DNA of 64,000 bases from Lama glama (GCA_028534125.1 CM052817.1:105464001-105528000), one strand, 5' to 3'. Counted from the first letter of the stretch, positions 1 through 13,160 are shown. The notes: generated by a model not told the origin, from the sequence alone. Numbers and translations are program-made.

Positions 1-754
1 ATAGGTCCCAGAAGTTTCTGAAGATTAGAGGAGAAAATTCATGTGAAATGTTTCGGACAGGGCTGGCACAGGTAGCACAGGGCTGGCACAGATAGGTAGT
101 GAGTGTTTCCACATGTTCAGATGGCGGCTACTCTTGGTGGTGATGCTTTTAGTTCGTTGCTGTTGTTGCTTTTGTTTTTATTATTAAGATCTTATCAAGT
201 GCTTATGTAGATAGATACAATTATTCTTGTTATAGCTATGTCTAAGGACTGTCTATGTGTTTAAATAGATTACTGTTATATTAAATAAATTATATATTAA
301 TATTTTAATAATTAAACATATATATTTAGAGCAAAGCTATGAAATAAGCATTCTCTTTCCCACTGAGACTTTAAGCAATGTACTCAAGGTCACATTCATA
401 GTAGAATTAGAAGTCATAATCTATTTCTTTCTAGCTATACCATATAGCTTTGTAGGGAATGGAAACCTTTTACCGTAACAACTGCCAAATTAATGTCTCT
501 GGTCAGGAACTTTCCTTCATACCTGGTTCAGAATTTCCGGTTTCCTATTAGACTTCTTTATAGCTTTCTTTTTCAGCTACTCAAAAGAGAACTCACCCAT
601 CACTGGGGCTCTCTTCTTGTGAAACACTCATTTGTTTCCTCTTGCATTTGCTAATTATTTTATTAGCTTTATCATCGTTTTACCCATCTTAGTCTCAGGA
701 GATTGAAATAATAATGATAATAAAGAAGAATTAATTTCTATTAATTTCTTCCCA

Positions 755-935
755 TGTGTCGCACATTGTGCTAAGTACTTCAAATGTATTTTCTCATTCA
801 ATCTCACACCACCACCATAGTATAATATTATTAATATTATTTGCATTTACAAATCTAGTAACTGAGTCTCAGAGGCTAGCTGACTTGTTCACCAATCTGT
901 AGGCAATGATATTTTGACCCAAACCTACATATCTT
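755..935 (-). mobile_element. MIR SINE fragment
   Basis: gtgctaagtacttc...ctcattcaatctcac...aactgagtctcagagg resembles the reverse-complemented MIR core. Confidence 0.6.
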
Positions 936-984
936 AACTTCAGTGACCAAAGGGACCAAAGAATTTGACGCTATAGAGTTCTTA

Positions 985-2335
985 TTTTTATTGTTGTAAA
1001 ATATAGAGAACATAAAATTTACTATTTTAACCATTTTTTCAGTGTGCAGTTCTGTGACATCAGTACTTTCTCATTGTTGTGCAACCATCATTACCATCCA
1101 TTTCCAGAATTGTTTATCTTCCACAATTGAAATTTTATGCCCCTATGATATGAATCCCTCATTTCCCTCTGTCTTCAGCCTCTTTCTTTTCTATAAATGT
1201 GACCACTCTAGGTACTGCATTTTAGTGAAATCATGTAATATTTGTTTTTTGTGCTGGCTTATTTCACTTACTGTGTCTTCACAGTTCATCCACGTGGTGG
1301 CACAGGTCAGAATTTGTTTTTATTTTTTACGCCAATATCCTAGTGTCTGTACCAATCACATTCTGTTTATCTATCGATCTATCTATGGACACTTGAGCTG
1401 CTTCCATCTTAACTATTGCAAGTGATGCTACAAACATCACTTTGAAATCCTGCTTTCCATTATTTTATATATAAACCTGGAAGTGAAATTGCTGGATCAC
1501 AGAGTAGTTCTATTTTTTAAATTTTTAAAGATCCTCCATACTGTTTTTCCATAGTGGTTGCACAATTTTACATTCCCACCAATAGCGCACAAGGGCCCCA
1601 ATTTCTCCACATCTGGCCATGCATGTGTGTGTGTGCGTTTATCTGGTAGCCATCCTGATGGCAGCGAGGTGACATATTGTGGTTTTGATTTGCATTTCCC
1701 TCATGATTAGTTTGTTGAGCACTTTTTTCATATACTTGTTGGCATCTGTATGTCTTCTTTGGGAAAAGATCTATTCAAGCCCTTTGCCCATTCTTAATAG
1801 GGTTCTTTTTGTTGTTGTTACTAAGTTGTAGGTGTTATTTATGAAATTTAGATATTAATGCCTATCATATATATGATTTGCAAATATTTTCTCTCAGTTA
1901 TGTAGGTTTCCTTTCCACTCTGTTGACTGTGTTCTTTGACGCACACACTTTCCATTTTGATAGAGTGCAATTTATCTAGTTTTACTTTTCTCATCTATGT
2001 GTTTGGTGTCATATCCAAGAAATCATTGCCAGCTGTCATGAAGCTTTTCCCTAATGTTTCTTCTTTTATAGTTTGAGGTCTTATGTTTAGGTCTTTGATC
2101 CATTTGGAGTTAATTTTTTGGGTATGGTATAATACTTCAACTTTTTGTTTATTCATTTATCTGTTGATGGATGCTTCAACTATTTCCATTTTTTGGCTAT
2201 TATGAAAAATGCTGAGAGGAACATGGGTGTACAAATGTCTGTTCAAGTTCCTGTTTTATTTTCTTTTGAGTACATGCTTAGAAATGGAATTGTTCTATCA
2301 TATGGTAATTCAGTATTTAATTTGGGGGAGAATCT
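985..2335 (-). mobile_element. Old L1 (L1MA/L1MB-type) 3' UTR and ORF2 end, antisense; two fragments (to about 2130, then about 2145-2335)
   Basis: Typical antisense L1 3' terminus (ttttattgttgtaaaatatagagaacataaaatttac), plus cattcccaccaa, gttttgatttgcatttccc and tttgcaaatattttctc motifs. Confidence 0.85.
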
Positions 2336-2367
2336 TTATGTAATTATTTTACTCTGACATCATACAC

Positions 2368-2402
2368 ATCTATCTATCTATCTACCTATCTATCTATCTA
2401 CC
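2368..2402 (+). repeat. (TCTA)n microsatellite
   Basis: tctatctatctatctacctatctatctatctacc. Confidence 0.9.
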
Positions 2403-2857
2403 TCATTTATTACTATTTTTATTTTCTGCCCCCATTATTTATATTTTCCCTGTAAGTTATAATACTTATATTATTTTCTTCTCCTCTACACTGCCAAAAA
2501 CACATAATATTGTTTCATCATTTACATAGACAGAAAATTGCTATATCCTGATTTTACTATATGCTATTTCATCCACTTTAGTTTCTCTTTCTTCTACCCA
2601 GTAACACACAACATACATGTTATTTGTCTCCTTTGATTTTTGATCCCTTAATTGCTCCCTGTGGATAAGCCTCCTGATTCAATTAGCTCATGTTTCCAGC
2701 ACAGTCCATCCTACATGGCCAGCACTTTGAGCACTCTTTTGCCTGTATTCTCACCCCCACATCTTGCCCATCCTGTCCCCGGATTGGCAAATTCTGCCCA
2801 GGTGCAGTACAAGTTTCTGTTTCCTTGTCTACAACCAAATGCATATACATTCCTGCA

Positions 2858-3080
2858 GAGCCAAGGTCTGTCAACTACAGCTTGAGGGCTAAATCTAGCC
2901 CACCACGTATTTTTGCAAATAATGTTTTCTGAGAATGCAGCCTTACCCATTTATTCATGTATTTTCTGTGGTTGCTTTCATGTTAAAACAATAATTGAGT
3001 AGTTGCTACAGAAACCTATGGATCACGAATCTTAAAATGCCTCCTCTCTGACCTTGATGGGATGTGCCTGCTGACCCCTG
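2858..3080. mobile_element. MER58A-like hAT-Charlie DNA transposon
   Basis: caactacagc...aaatctagcccacc...tttttgcaaataatgtttt...gagtagttgctacagaaacc...gctgacccctg. Confidence 0.7.
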
Positions 3081-3939
3081 CCTGGACAGTACCACAGATC
3101 TCACAAACTATCACAGTCACAAATTCAGCCCCGGCAGTAACGCTTCTACATTTTCCAAGTCATCTCTGTCTTCATATTCCATGGCAACTCTGTCAAATTA
3201 TCTCCATTTTCTTCAGACAGTCTTAGTAAATGGCCTTGATTCATCATTCAGAGTGAACATCATTATCATCAATTTTATGCCTATAAACCAGCGGATTAAC
3301 CTGTATCAAGATCCATTGCTTCTAATTGCCTCCTATTATTGTGGAAACGATCCCTCCAACCCATGGATACTTTTTGTTACCTGTGTGCAAGCTTACACCC
3401 CTTTCCAGTATCCCTTTTTAACTTTCATTTCTTCTACTCTTCTTCCAATTAAAAATCAAACATGTTAATGTGTCTAACATATGTCTGCCTGTCTATCTAG
3501 TCTGTGAAATATAAAATATATAAGGCCACCCTTGAACACTCCTCTGTCTTGACTACTAAACTTTTTTTAATCCCATTCATAGACGCTCTCAACTGTTTCT
3601 ACTGCCTTTAATCAACTCAGGTGCTAACTAACTTCAACTTGGCTTTACTCTCGTGATTCCAAGACATTTTTAAGGTCATCAGTAATCTGCATCTTGTTAT
3701 GTCTGTCAACCACTTTCAGTCTTTTTCTTACTTAGACTCATAATATCTGTCCTTCACTGTGTGACACTTTTTCTTTTCAAGCTCTCCTCACTTGAATTGA
3801 CACAGTCCATGTTTTCTTCCAACTACTCTTGGCCCTTCTTTGAGTCTTTGATGGACTCTATGACCAACCATGGGAGAAATGTGTGCATATACAAACTCAC
3901 CCACAGAAACATTTCCATAACTTAATGTTAAGAGTATGT

Positions 3940-4120
3940 GTTTATCCAAGTGCTACCATTACTTATTGTACAACTTGAGTAAATCTAACTTCTTCTTGGC
4001 TTACTTACTCATCTATAAAATGTAATTTAATAATTATGCCTACCTCATGGGGATTTTTAGGATTAAATGAGTTAATATGTGTAAAGTGCTAAAACAGTAT
4101 TGTGCACATAGCAATGTCTA
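3940..4120 (+). mobile_element. MIR SINE fragment
   Basis: ctcatctataaaatg...cctacctcatgggg...ggattaaatgagttaatatgtgtaaagtgct. Confidence 0.75.
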
Positions 4121-4621
4121 TAAACTATAAAGGTTAGGAATGACCTCTTGAAACTTCCTTTGACCAACTAAGTGTCAGTGGACCTTAAGATTTCCATATA
4201 TAGATAATGTCACAAAACTGTAAATGTCTTAAGAGTCTCTTCATAATCGATTATATTTTCAGTTCCAGTCTCTTCTGGTACCTAACCCAGTAAACAATTA
4301 ACCTTTCTCTCTATTAAGAAACTGAATTCAAGTTTTGAAATTTATATATTTTTTTCCATTTTATTATGTAGAATTATTACAGTGCGACTGCACATACACA
4401 TTATATTGCATGTAAATACATATACACAGCATACTGCACATTTTTTTAGTTTTCATATATGTACTAATTATTGTTTCTAAGAACAGATTCGATCTTTAGC
4501 TTTTTAAACTTACATAGTTAGCAAAGGAATAAAGCCAACTACAAAATAAGAAACAACAGAATGGAAATCCAATCATAAAGGACAGTCAGATATACTTACA
4601 CATGTTAAAAAAATCAAAATA

Positions 4622-4817
4622 ATAATTGGTTCTCTTATGTCATTATTATTATTGTTATTATTTTTTAGATTCTTCATATAAATGATGTCATATGGCATTT
4701 TTCTTTCTCTTTCTGGCCCACTTCATTTTGAATGACAGTCTTCAGGTCCATCCATATTGCTGCAAATGGCGTTATTTTATTCTTTTTTATGGCTGAGTAG
4801 TGTTCCATTGTGTGTGT
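4622..4817 (-). mobile_element. Lineage-specific L1 3' UTR fragment, antisense, running into an assembly gap
   Basis: Similar to 59232-59410 (tagattc..catata..atggcatttttcttt..gctgcaaatggc..tatggctgagta). Confidence 0.85.
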
Positions 4818-4917
4818 NNNNNNNNNNNNNNNNNNNNNNNNNNNNNNNNNNNNNNNNNNNNNNNNNNNNNNNNNNNNNNNNNNNNNNNNNNNNNNNNNNN
4901 NNNNNNNNNNNNNNNNN
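4818..4917. other. Assembly gap (100 N)
   Basis: Run of N following a (TG)n stretch. Confidence 1.
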
Positions 4918-5187
4918 AATCCTTACTATCTATTCATTTTTTTTTAATGGACAAAAATCCATCCATATTTTTAGGAATTTTCTCATAAATCCAGAAACTG
5001 TTAGCTGTTTTTCACTTTGAAGAAAAATGATAATTCTATACAAAATAAGAGAAACTGCTCATGTATATTTTGGCATATGACTGTTTCAGTGGACATCAAT
5101 AAGTTATTGGAGTTTAAAAATAAAATGTGATTGAAATAATTCAATATTGAAAAAAATGGGATATGTAAAATAACTGAAAAAAATCGG

Positions 5188-5723
5188 TGGTAGTCAGAAA
5201 CTGTCTCCAGCCCCAAACATATCCACATCCCAATCCACAGAATCTGTTAACATGTTCTGGGGCTAACTAGTTAACTAGTAAAGAGGCCCTTAAGAGCAGA
5301 GCACTTACAGCTACTGAAGCCAGAGACAAGCAGCAGAAGGGAGCTTCAGCGAAATTTGAAAGGTAGGAAGGATTTGATGTGCCCATGCTGGTTCTGAGAT
5401 GCAGGGGGCCCCCTGTACTATTCACAGAGAGGCCTTTGGAGGTAAGAGTGACAGCAAGGAAACTTCAGTCCTACAATTTCAGGAACTGAATTTGGCCCAC
5501 AACCTGCAGGATCTCAGGAGCAGATTTATTCCTAGAGCCTTTAGACAGGAGTGCAGCCCAGCTGACACTGATTTAAGCCTGGAGAAACTCAAAGCAGGGG
5601 GCCCAGCTGAGCTATTCAAAACCCAGACATCTCATCTCAAGAAAATGTGGAATAATAAGTTTGAGTTGTTTTCAACTGGCTAAGTTAGTAATTAGTTGTG
5701 GAGGCAGGAATTGGAAATGAATA
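5188..5723 (+). mobile_element. MLT1 (MLT1E-like) ERVL-MaLR solo LTR
   Basis: cagcaaggaaac..cagtcctacaa..aggaactgaatttggcc..caacctg..gcagcccagctgacac..aataagtttgagttgttttcaa..ctaag. Confidence 0.75.
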
Positions 5724-7203
5724 AATCTATTAGTACTATAGTTTTGTACAAATTATTTATCACCATCTTTGCATGGAGAAAAGCATCCATTCATGCAAAC
5801 TTGCTAGATATAACAAAAATGATCTTCACCACCATGAGTGTTTTTGAATATTTTTAAAAATCTGACCATTATGAAGAGTCAGTAAGAGAATATTTGATCA
5901 TTAATATTTTACAGGATCATAGATATTAAAGAGCCATACAGAGTGTATATTATCTCTCTTCAAGAAGTTACAACCTATTAAATTCCAATGTTTTATTTAT
6001 ATGGGTCCTTTTTAGATAGATTTCAAGCATGACTCTGAAGCTCATTAAGCTAGAAGATTAATTTTACCCAGTTAATCAATCACAAAGCCAGTGATAAACA
6101 TTGAGCATTCACATAGAATAAAGTTTTAAGTAATTTGGGGGATGCCTTATGTAGAATTCATGCAGCTTTTCAACACAGCAGCAAATTAATTCTCTTTTGG
6201 AATTTGTAAACCAACAAGTATAAAATATACTCAACACTAGGATACCAGGAAAGCTCAAAGCTCAATATACGTGTCTCATAGCTTACTTCTCTCTGTAGAT
6301 TCTTACCATAAATAAGAGGAGAAAAATTACTTCTCACAGCGAGTGAATGATTAAGTTTCAAAAACTATTTTCAAGCTATCGTCACAAAATATATTCAGCT
6401 CAGCTATCTTCAATGAATTTCGGGACACATCCTTCTGCTCAGTAATGCCATGGACATCATTAGGGATGGAACAGAATGATTTTTTTTTTTAATCCTTCCA
6501 ACCACATATGAATGGAGTTCCTCTTTTCAATAACACATTTGTGTTATTTGTCTCCCATGATCTACCAGCAGCAGTACATGAATTAAAGAGGCTCTGTGAG
6601 AGATAGCACCTGCCAGCCTTTAAATTTTACTTAATATACAGCAGAGCATCCTAGGTATTGATCTATTAATAAAGATAATTAACGTCATGGGCTTTGGAAG
6701 GACGGAACATACCGGCTTAGTAAAACTGCTCGTATGGTGGAGTTTATTACCCCTTATTACCTAAGCAGGTGAAGGGAGAGCGAAGCAGAGCCAAGTGGAA
6801 ATATCACATCATTTTCTCTGACTGTGCCGCCCCTCTCACCATTTGCCAGAGTCCTCTGGTTTGGAAAATTATGAACGGGTCCACTGTGTTAGATCCAGAA
6901 GGTATTATCGAGACATACAGACACACAGTATCTTTATATTACCTGGTTTAGAAACACTGAAGGCGGTTATGACCAATGTCCTATGATTAACTCTCGTTGA
7001 GACGAGAGGGAGACAGCTAACTTTCTTGCATTTTATGACCAAAACTGCAGCTCTTCAGCCACATAACAGAACCAACACGTGGTTGTGTCTTCAAGCTCAT
7101 GTGAAGGGAGAATCCAAGGAATCCATTATTTTCCTAATAAAGAACATCCTGAAGGATGACCAAAATAGTCTTCTTTATATGTAAAGCACAGCACACTATC
7201 TAA

Positions 7204-7850
7204 GTAAAGTCAGTTTGCAACGTTGTGTCAATTTCTGGTGTACAACGGAATGTCTCATACATGTACATACACACATTTATTTTCATATTCTTTTTCATTA
7301 TAGGTTACCACAAGATATTGAATATAGTTCCCTGTGCTGTACAGTAGGACCTTGTTGTTTATCTATTTTATATATAGTGGTTAGTATCAGCCAATCTCAA
7401 ACTCCCAGTTTATCCCTTCCCACCCTCTTCTCCCATTGGTAACCATGAGTTTTTTTTCTGCATCTGAGTGCTTTTTATTTGACCCTTTTAATAAGCTTAT
7501 GGGATAGCTACTGGTATTGTAAATACATCCCATCTTTTTTTTTTTTTTCTTTAGGTTTTTTTTTTTTTTTTTTGGCAGTGTGGAGGTAATTATTTATTTA
7601 TTTATTTAACGGCGGTGCTGGGGATTGAACTCAGGACTTCATGCATGCTAAGCACACAGTCTACCTTCCCCTCATAAGTATATGTCTGTGAGTCTGTTTC
7701 TGGTTTGTAAAAGAGTCCATTGGTGTCTTTTTTTTTTTTCAGATTCCACACATGTAAGCGATAGCATATGGATTTTTTTCTTTCTGTCTCTGGCAACATT
7801 GTAAACTGACTATACTTCAATAAAAAAAAAGACAAGAGTGTAAAAAAAAA
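7204..7850 (+). mobile_element. 5'-inverted short lineage-specific L1 insertion with about 21-bp target site duplication
   Basis: Antisense L1 3' UTR at 7204-7790, sense 3' tip caacattgtaaactgactatacttcaataaaa at about 7794-7830, A tail. TSD aaagcacagcacactatctaa / aaagaatagcatactatctaa (18/21 match). Confidence 0.8.
7535..7672 (-). mobile_element. Vic-1-type tRNA-derived SINE nested in the L1
   Basis: Poly-T, then ggaggtaatta..gtgctggggattgaactcaggacttcatgcatgctaagcacac; similar to the copies at 39501, 41019 and 47953. Confidence 0.85.
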
Positions 7851-9519
7851 AAGAATAGCATACTATCTAAATATTCTTGAAAGTGTACATACGAGGCCTT
7901 CGGATGCCTGCGTGATTTGATTCTTGTCTTAGATTGAGTATCACCATAAAGTAAGACTGTATCTTTGAATCCTGTGCAAATAAGGAGAAAGATCTTCAAA
8001 AAATGCCACATCTTGCAGATTCTTTGCTGAGGAGAAGGGAGAGTGTTAGTACTAGAGGCGCAACAGGAATCTCTTTTTAATCTGTCCTCCATCCATTTCA
8101 GTCAAAGCTCATCAGGTGTTGGAGCAACTTGATGGAATGCCTGCTACGTAGAGGCACTTTTCTCATAAGGCTTTTTGATTATTTTTGTACATACAGTATT
8201 AGCTAGGTAAGATACTTATAAATATTTATCTGACACAGAAATAAAGTGATATATTCAACTACAGTTTCACAAGAATGTATCAGTCATATTGAAAATTCTG
8301 ATTACAGTGTGTTTAAAACCGAATGCCATGCTGGCTGAGAGATTTGAAACCTGAGCCCTGGAAGGTCTGGAAGGCAGGGAGGATTTTTTGCTCTCCCTTC
8401 AGGGATGAAACAGAAAGCTCTCTTGATATTGCAGAAATGATTCTTACTCATATTTCTCTGAGGACATTTCCTCTAAAGAAAATCCCAGACCCCAGGAAAC
8501 ATATCGCTGAGAAAAACTCTCAGGCCCCCTTCATTTCTCCACAAAACAAATGTTCATTGAGTGAATATGTAAACCCAAATAGTGCCCCTGCTATCTGCCA
8601 GTTCTATTACACACTAGCCATGAAAATGATTAAGAAGAAGGAATAACATAGTTCAAGTAGGAAATATGTAATTTATGCATCATTTTTGTCCTCCCAGAAA
8701 CACTCCCCCTCCTACAGAAAATGCATGAACAACAAAAATCTAAACACTAAGACATTACAAAAGATTTTTTTTTAATTTTTAAACTGGTTCTGCAAAAATG
8801 CTGCTTTATTTATTTTTCATCTCCATAATGTGACAAGCATAGCATTTTTCACCACCTAGTACCAATCCTTGCAGCTGCTTAATGAAACATATCCACTGTC
8901 ATTTATCATTATTTTCTAATGGTTCTTAGCTTTTCCAAACTTCTATCAAAAGAAACTAAGCAATGTTTTCACATAAACTACGATAAACTTATCACCTACT
9001 TAAAAATATGACCAAAACATATTTCAAAATATGATTCTGTTATTTTATCAGGGATTGTTTGAGATCATATGAGAATTAAATATTTGTTTATATTAACGAT
9101 ATTTATTCTATCTGAAGAACTTCCCAGTACAACCACGCTTATACAGTTTATTGCTTGTATTTTTTTAAAAATGTATTTTTCATGACATTTTCTGATTTAA
9201 AGCGTGACTGAAACTTCATAGAAATTAACTTCTTCAATTTCCAGTGACTATTTCAGTCACTTTGGGTTGCTGATTTATCAAAGTTTTATCCCAACAAAAA
9301 TTAAGTTGAAAGTTAGTATTACTTGAGAGGTAAAGAAATCAGGGCAATTCTATCCCAATTGAGAAAAAAAAAAAAGGATGGTCTTTGTATATTCATTTCC
9401 ATCTGGCCGCCAGAGGAAGATTTTCTTTTTTTAAAAAATTATTTTACAATTTAAATGTAGTCCACATGAAGGCTCTGAAATGTCCTTTGACATAAATATT
9501 TTTTAAAATTTCTTTTTAA

Positions 9520-9628
9520 TTTTTGAGGGTTCTTTTGGGGGGGGGTCATTGGGTTTATTTATTTATTTTTAAAAATTTAAATATATTTTTATTGAAGTAT
9601 AATCAGTTTACAATGTTGTAGAGGTGGA
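9520..9628 (-). mobile_element. SINE tail remnant fused to a very short L1 3' tip
   Basis: ttttggggggggg..tttatttatttatt followed by tttttattgaagtataatcagtttacaatgttgt. Confidence 0.6.
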
Positions 9629-10202
9629 AATTGGCCGGGCCAGGCGGAGAGGCTGCTGACAGTGTCTTTGTTCAAGTGCCTTCATTGTAAAAGAGGGAGT
9701 CAGAGTCATATGGAAATGTTCCTCTCTGCCTTTTCTTTAAGAAGTATTTCTTTCTGGTTTGGGCTTGGTTTGTGTATTATTTCCTACATGTATCCCTTTC
9801 AGTGAAATGAACCATTAGAGAGAGGAAAAGATTTGTAACATAAGCTTTTTCTTGTGAAGCATTTACTTAAAAATAATAGGTCAACGTTTTTCAGGTCCTT
9901 GGAGATTACATCTGAAAATTAAACCATAGAAACACACAGGCGAAATGAAAATGGGAAAGGGATTTTTATTTCAGCAATGAAAATGGAATGTATAATTAGC
10001 TCTTTAAGACGAGACATCACTATTTCAATAATCAGCCAGCCCACTCTCATCTCAGCCTGTCCCTGGCACTCTGTACTACATCTGGAGGAGGTTGAAATCT
10101 AAATTTGAACAGATGTCCTGAATGGTATGTCAATATTTGAGTTGCTATCATGGCTATGAATCATTATTACTTTGTAAACATCCTTATTTCAAGTGGCTTG
10201 AA

Positions 10203-10443
10203 ACACAGCACGGTGGTTAAATACACGGACTTTGGAGTTTAACCGCCTGATTTTATAACCCAGCTTCAGTGTTCACTGACTGGATCTTTTCTTGGAGACT
10301 TATTCGACACCCTAATGCCATGGTTCACCATCCATGAAACAGGCGTAACAGTTATCTCATAATTGTGGGGATTAAATATGTAGATACTCAGTTTTGGATC
10401 TGGTAACACGGTGAATATTCAGTTACGATTGGTTGCTGTTATT
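10203..10443 (+). mobile_element. MIR SINE
   Basis: gtggttaa..ggactttggagt..catccatgaaacagg..gtggggattaaat. Confidence 0.7.
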
Positions 10444-11363
10444 CTTGGATAGATTTGGTATTGTTTCCATATTTCCATTTTGGAGTCAAGCAAGTTATAC
10501 CCAAATTATAGACCACACGACCAAGATGTCAAGTGGCAAGTGGGCATAGATAATCAAGCAATTTCAGTCAAATATCTCTTTGCTTTCTCTATCAAAATAG
10601 TTCAGCCAAAAACCTTTTTTTTTCATATATTTTACATTTGGAGACATTAGAATATTATAAAATATTATCTTCGAACTGAATTACTGTCACTAATACCTAA
10701 CCCCAAGCATCTGTAAGCAGAAGATCAGTGTTGTACTTTGATCTCTCGTGACTCCCTCATCAATGAGTTCTGTTTATACTAAAAGGAGAATCTAATGGGA
10801 AGGGGGGTTAGTTACATGCCATAAATGGTGGTGAGCTCTTCAAGTATAATGTAATTTAATCTTCTCAAAAATGCACGAGTTAGGTTTTGATATCACTATA
10901 TTAAATAAGAACAATATGGCATAGAAAGTTCCAGTGATTCACTCATATGTTCACAGCTGGTGTATATTGGAGTTAGGTTCTTAACCTGGGCACCTTGTTT
11001 TGGTAACTGAGAACAGTCATTTAATAATATGTGGTCTCAATATCTAAGCTAATCTAGGGTTCATCTTTTGAACTGTCATTAGATTTTACTATAAGGACTT
11101 CACAGCCCTTCATAATTTCCCTTATGTCTCTGGTCTGTCTAAATTCTCCCTCCCTCCCCAGCTCTGCAATTTCCACTTTTCCTTCCATTTCACACAGTTT
11201 AGAAGTTTGAATATTTTCACCATTTTTTCCTTTATGTACTCGGGTTATTACAACAAACATACTAGAAATTAGTCTTGGCTCATCTCTAAAGCACTTAAAT
11301 TCTGTGGTTTTTTATGTTTCTAAATGGATGCTCTCACTGGATCATGCCGTTGTAAGTAAAATC

Positions 11364-11516
11364 CAGTGTCTGTCAAATGTGAGTGTTCATCTGTATCACC
11401 TGAAGGACTTGTTGAAACACAGATTATTGGGTCATATATCTAGAGTTTCTGATTTGTTAAATACCGATTGGGGCTGAGAACCTGCGTTTAGGCTACAAAG
11501 GAGACCACTGGTATAG
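11364..11516. mobile_element. MER5A-like DNA transposon
   Basis: cagtgtctgtcaaa..atcacctgaaggacttgttgaaacacagattattggg..agagtttctgatt..gagaccactg. Confidence 0.7.
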
Positions 11517-11809
11517 ACTAATGGAATACAGCTTTAAATTGCTTTCAATTGCTGTATTCTGATGAGTGCTAAGTACTTTTAAAATGATTATGACCATCGT
11601 TTGTTGTTTTTAACCCTTGGCAAATTCTAACCAGCAAAATATCTATATTAAGTAAGGGCTGATAAAATTTTGACTCTAAGACTATTTTTTTTTCTTTTCC
11701 ATTGTTTAGATGTGTTTCTGTATTTCATAGACTAGAGGAAGCATTTGTGGAAGAGGAGGCTGTAATCAGGATTGTTAGTTGTAATGATCTACTGTCAATC
11801 ACTCTCACT

Positions 11810-12060
11810 GGGCAGGCTGTGTGGTGATATCTGTTCTTAGCTAGATTACGTGAAATTCAGAGTTCATTTCCACCATTGCTTAAATCTGCCCCTCTGATTA
11901 AATTAGTTAACCTCTGTGTGCCATGGTTCCCTGGTCTCAAATAGGAAAATCATAATAGCGTTTCCCCTATTATGTAGTTTTATAATCATATAGATTAATA
12001 TATATATATATATATGGCATTTAGAGATACACATAGTGAGGAATATATGAGTTTTAGCTT
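11810..12060 (+). mobile_element. MIR SINE fragment
   Basis: gagttcatttccaccatt..aattagttaacctctgtgtgcc..aatcataatag. Confidence 0.55.
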
Positions 12061-12949
12061 TGACTTTGATGATGACATGACACTTTGCCTAATGTAAAAT
12101 ATTTTGCTTGGAGAGTTTATTAACTGATAAGCTATAATGGACATAACCATCAAGTATCAAAATGAAATCCAAATCTCAGCTTAATGTGTTTTGCACTGCT
12201 TTTATATTTTTAATTCAACTATAATATTCCTGGAAGCTTTATAATTAAAATATTTCCACAGAAAAACCTTCAAAAATATCATCTTAGTGAAGCAACAAAT
12301 AGACTTTGCTACTTATGAGAAAAGTAATTTCTTATCCTTGAAAGTATCGCATTCATTTAAAAATGTGTTTGAAATCCTTTAATAAAAATAGTACTTATAA
12401 AACAGCATAAAGAATTTACCTTTTGTTTTAAAATCCATCTTTTCTATTAGTGTTCCATGTACTTTATAATTGAAATATAATCATCAGAGTGGATCAATTG
12501 TTTGGCTGAATATTCATTTCAATTCCTAATTTTGGAGACTTGTCATCTTCATATAAGAGAAGCTAATATAGCCAATGTGGTAAAAAGTAACATTTTACCT
12601 GATTAAAACCAAATTAACCTAAAAAAAAAAACTGCTCTAGGAAAATTAAGTGCTGTACTGGATATCATTAAGGTGTTCCCAGAATGGTATAGTTCTCGAT
12701 TTGTAATAATTTAAGATGTGTATGGACATTTAAACAGTTTGTGTGTAACATAATGCTTACTGTGCGTCTTCAGCATGCTTTTTGCACCATGACCCTGCTG
12801 AATAGACAGTATGAAATCTTAGCTAAAAGAAATAGAAAGGCCAGTAGGCAATCAGCTCTCAGAAATTTCAAACTATCCACAGTAACTACACTAGAAATAG
12901 AGTTCGTGATGACTGCAGGACAGCATCACATGTTTCTGTTTGAACTCAC

Positions 12950-13160
12950 TATGGAAAGGAACGGTAAGCCATTGAAAGGTTTAAAGCAGAAAAAACATCT
13001 GAAAATATTAATGTACAGGTGACTTTAACTTCAATTAGATTGAGGTTGGCAAGACTGAAAGCACAAAGAGTTAAAAGTAAAGCAGTTAAGAAACAAACGC
13101 TACAATCAGATGAATGATGAAGGAGCCCTGAGTTAATTTACCTACTATTAGTAGGGGTGG
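12950..13160. mobile_element. L2 LINE fragment
   Basis: aagccattgaaaggtttaaagcag..ggcaagactgaaagca..cagttaagaa..gatgaatgatgaagg. Confidence 0.5.

Noticed and set aside
57..91. Short direct repeats (acagggctggcacag twice; also ataagttcttt twice at about 63099-63135)
   Set aside because: Two-unit local slippage duplications, with no repeat-spacer array, so not CRISPR-like.
9404..9419. CTCF-like motif tggccgccagaggaag
   Set aside because: It mismatches the conserved GGC end of the core and has no other support.
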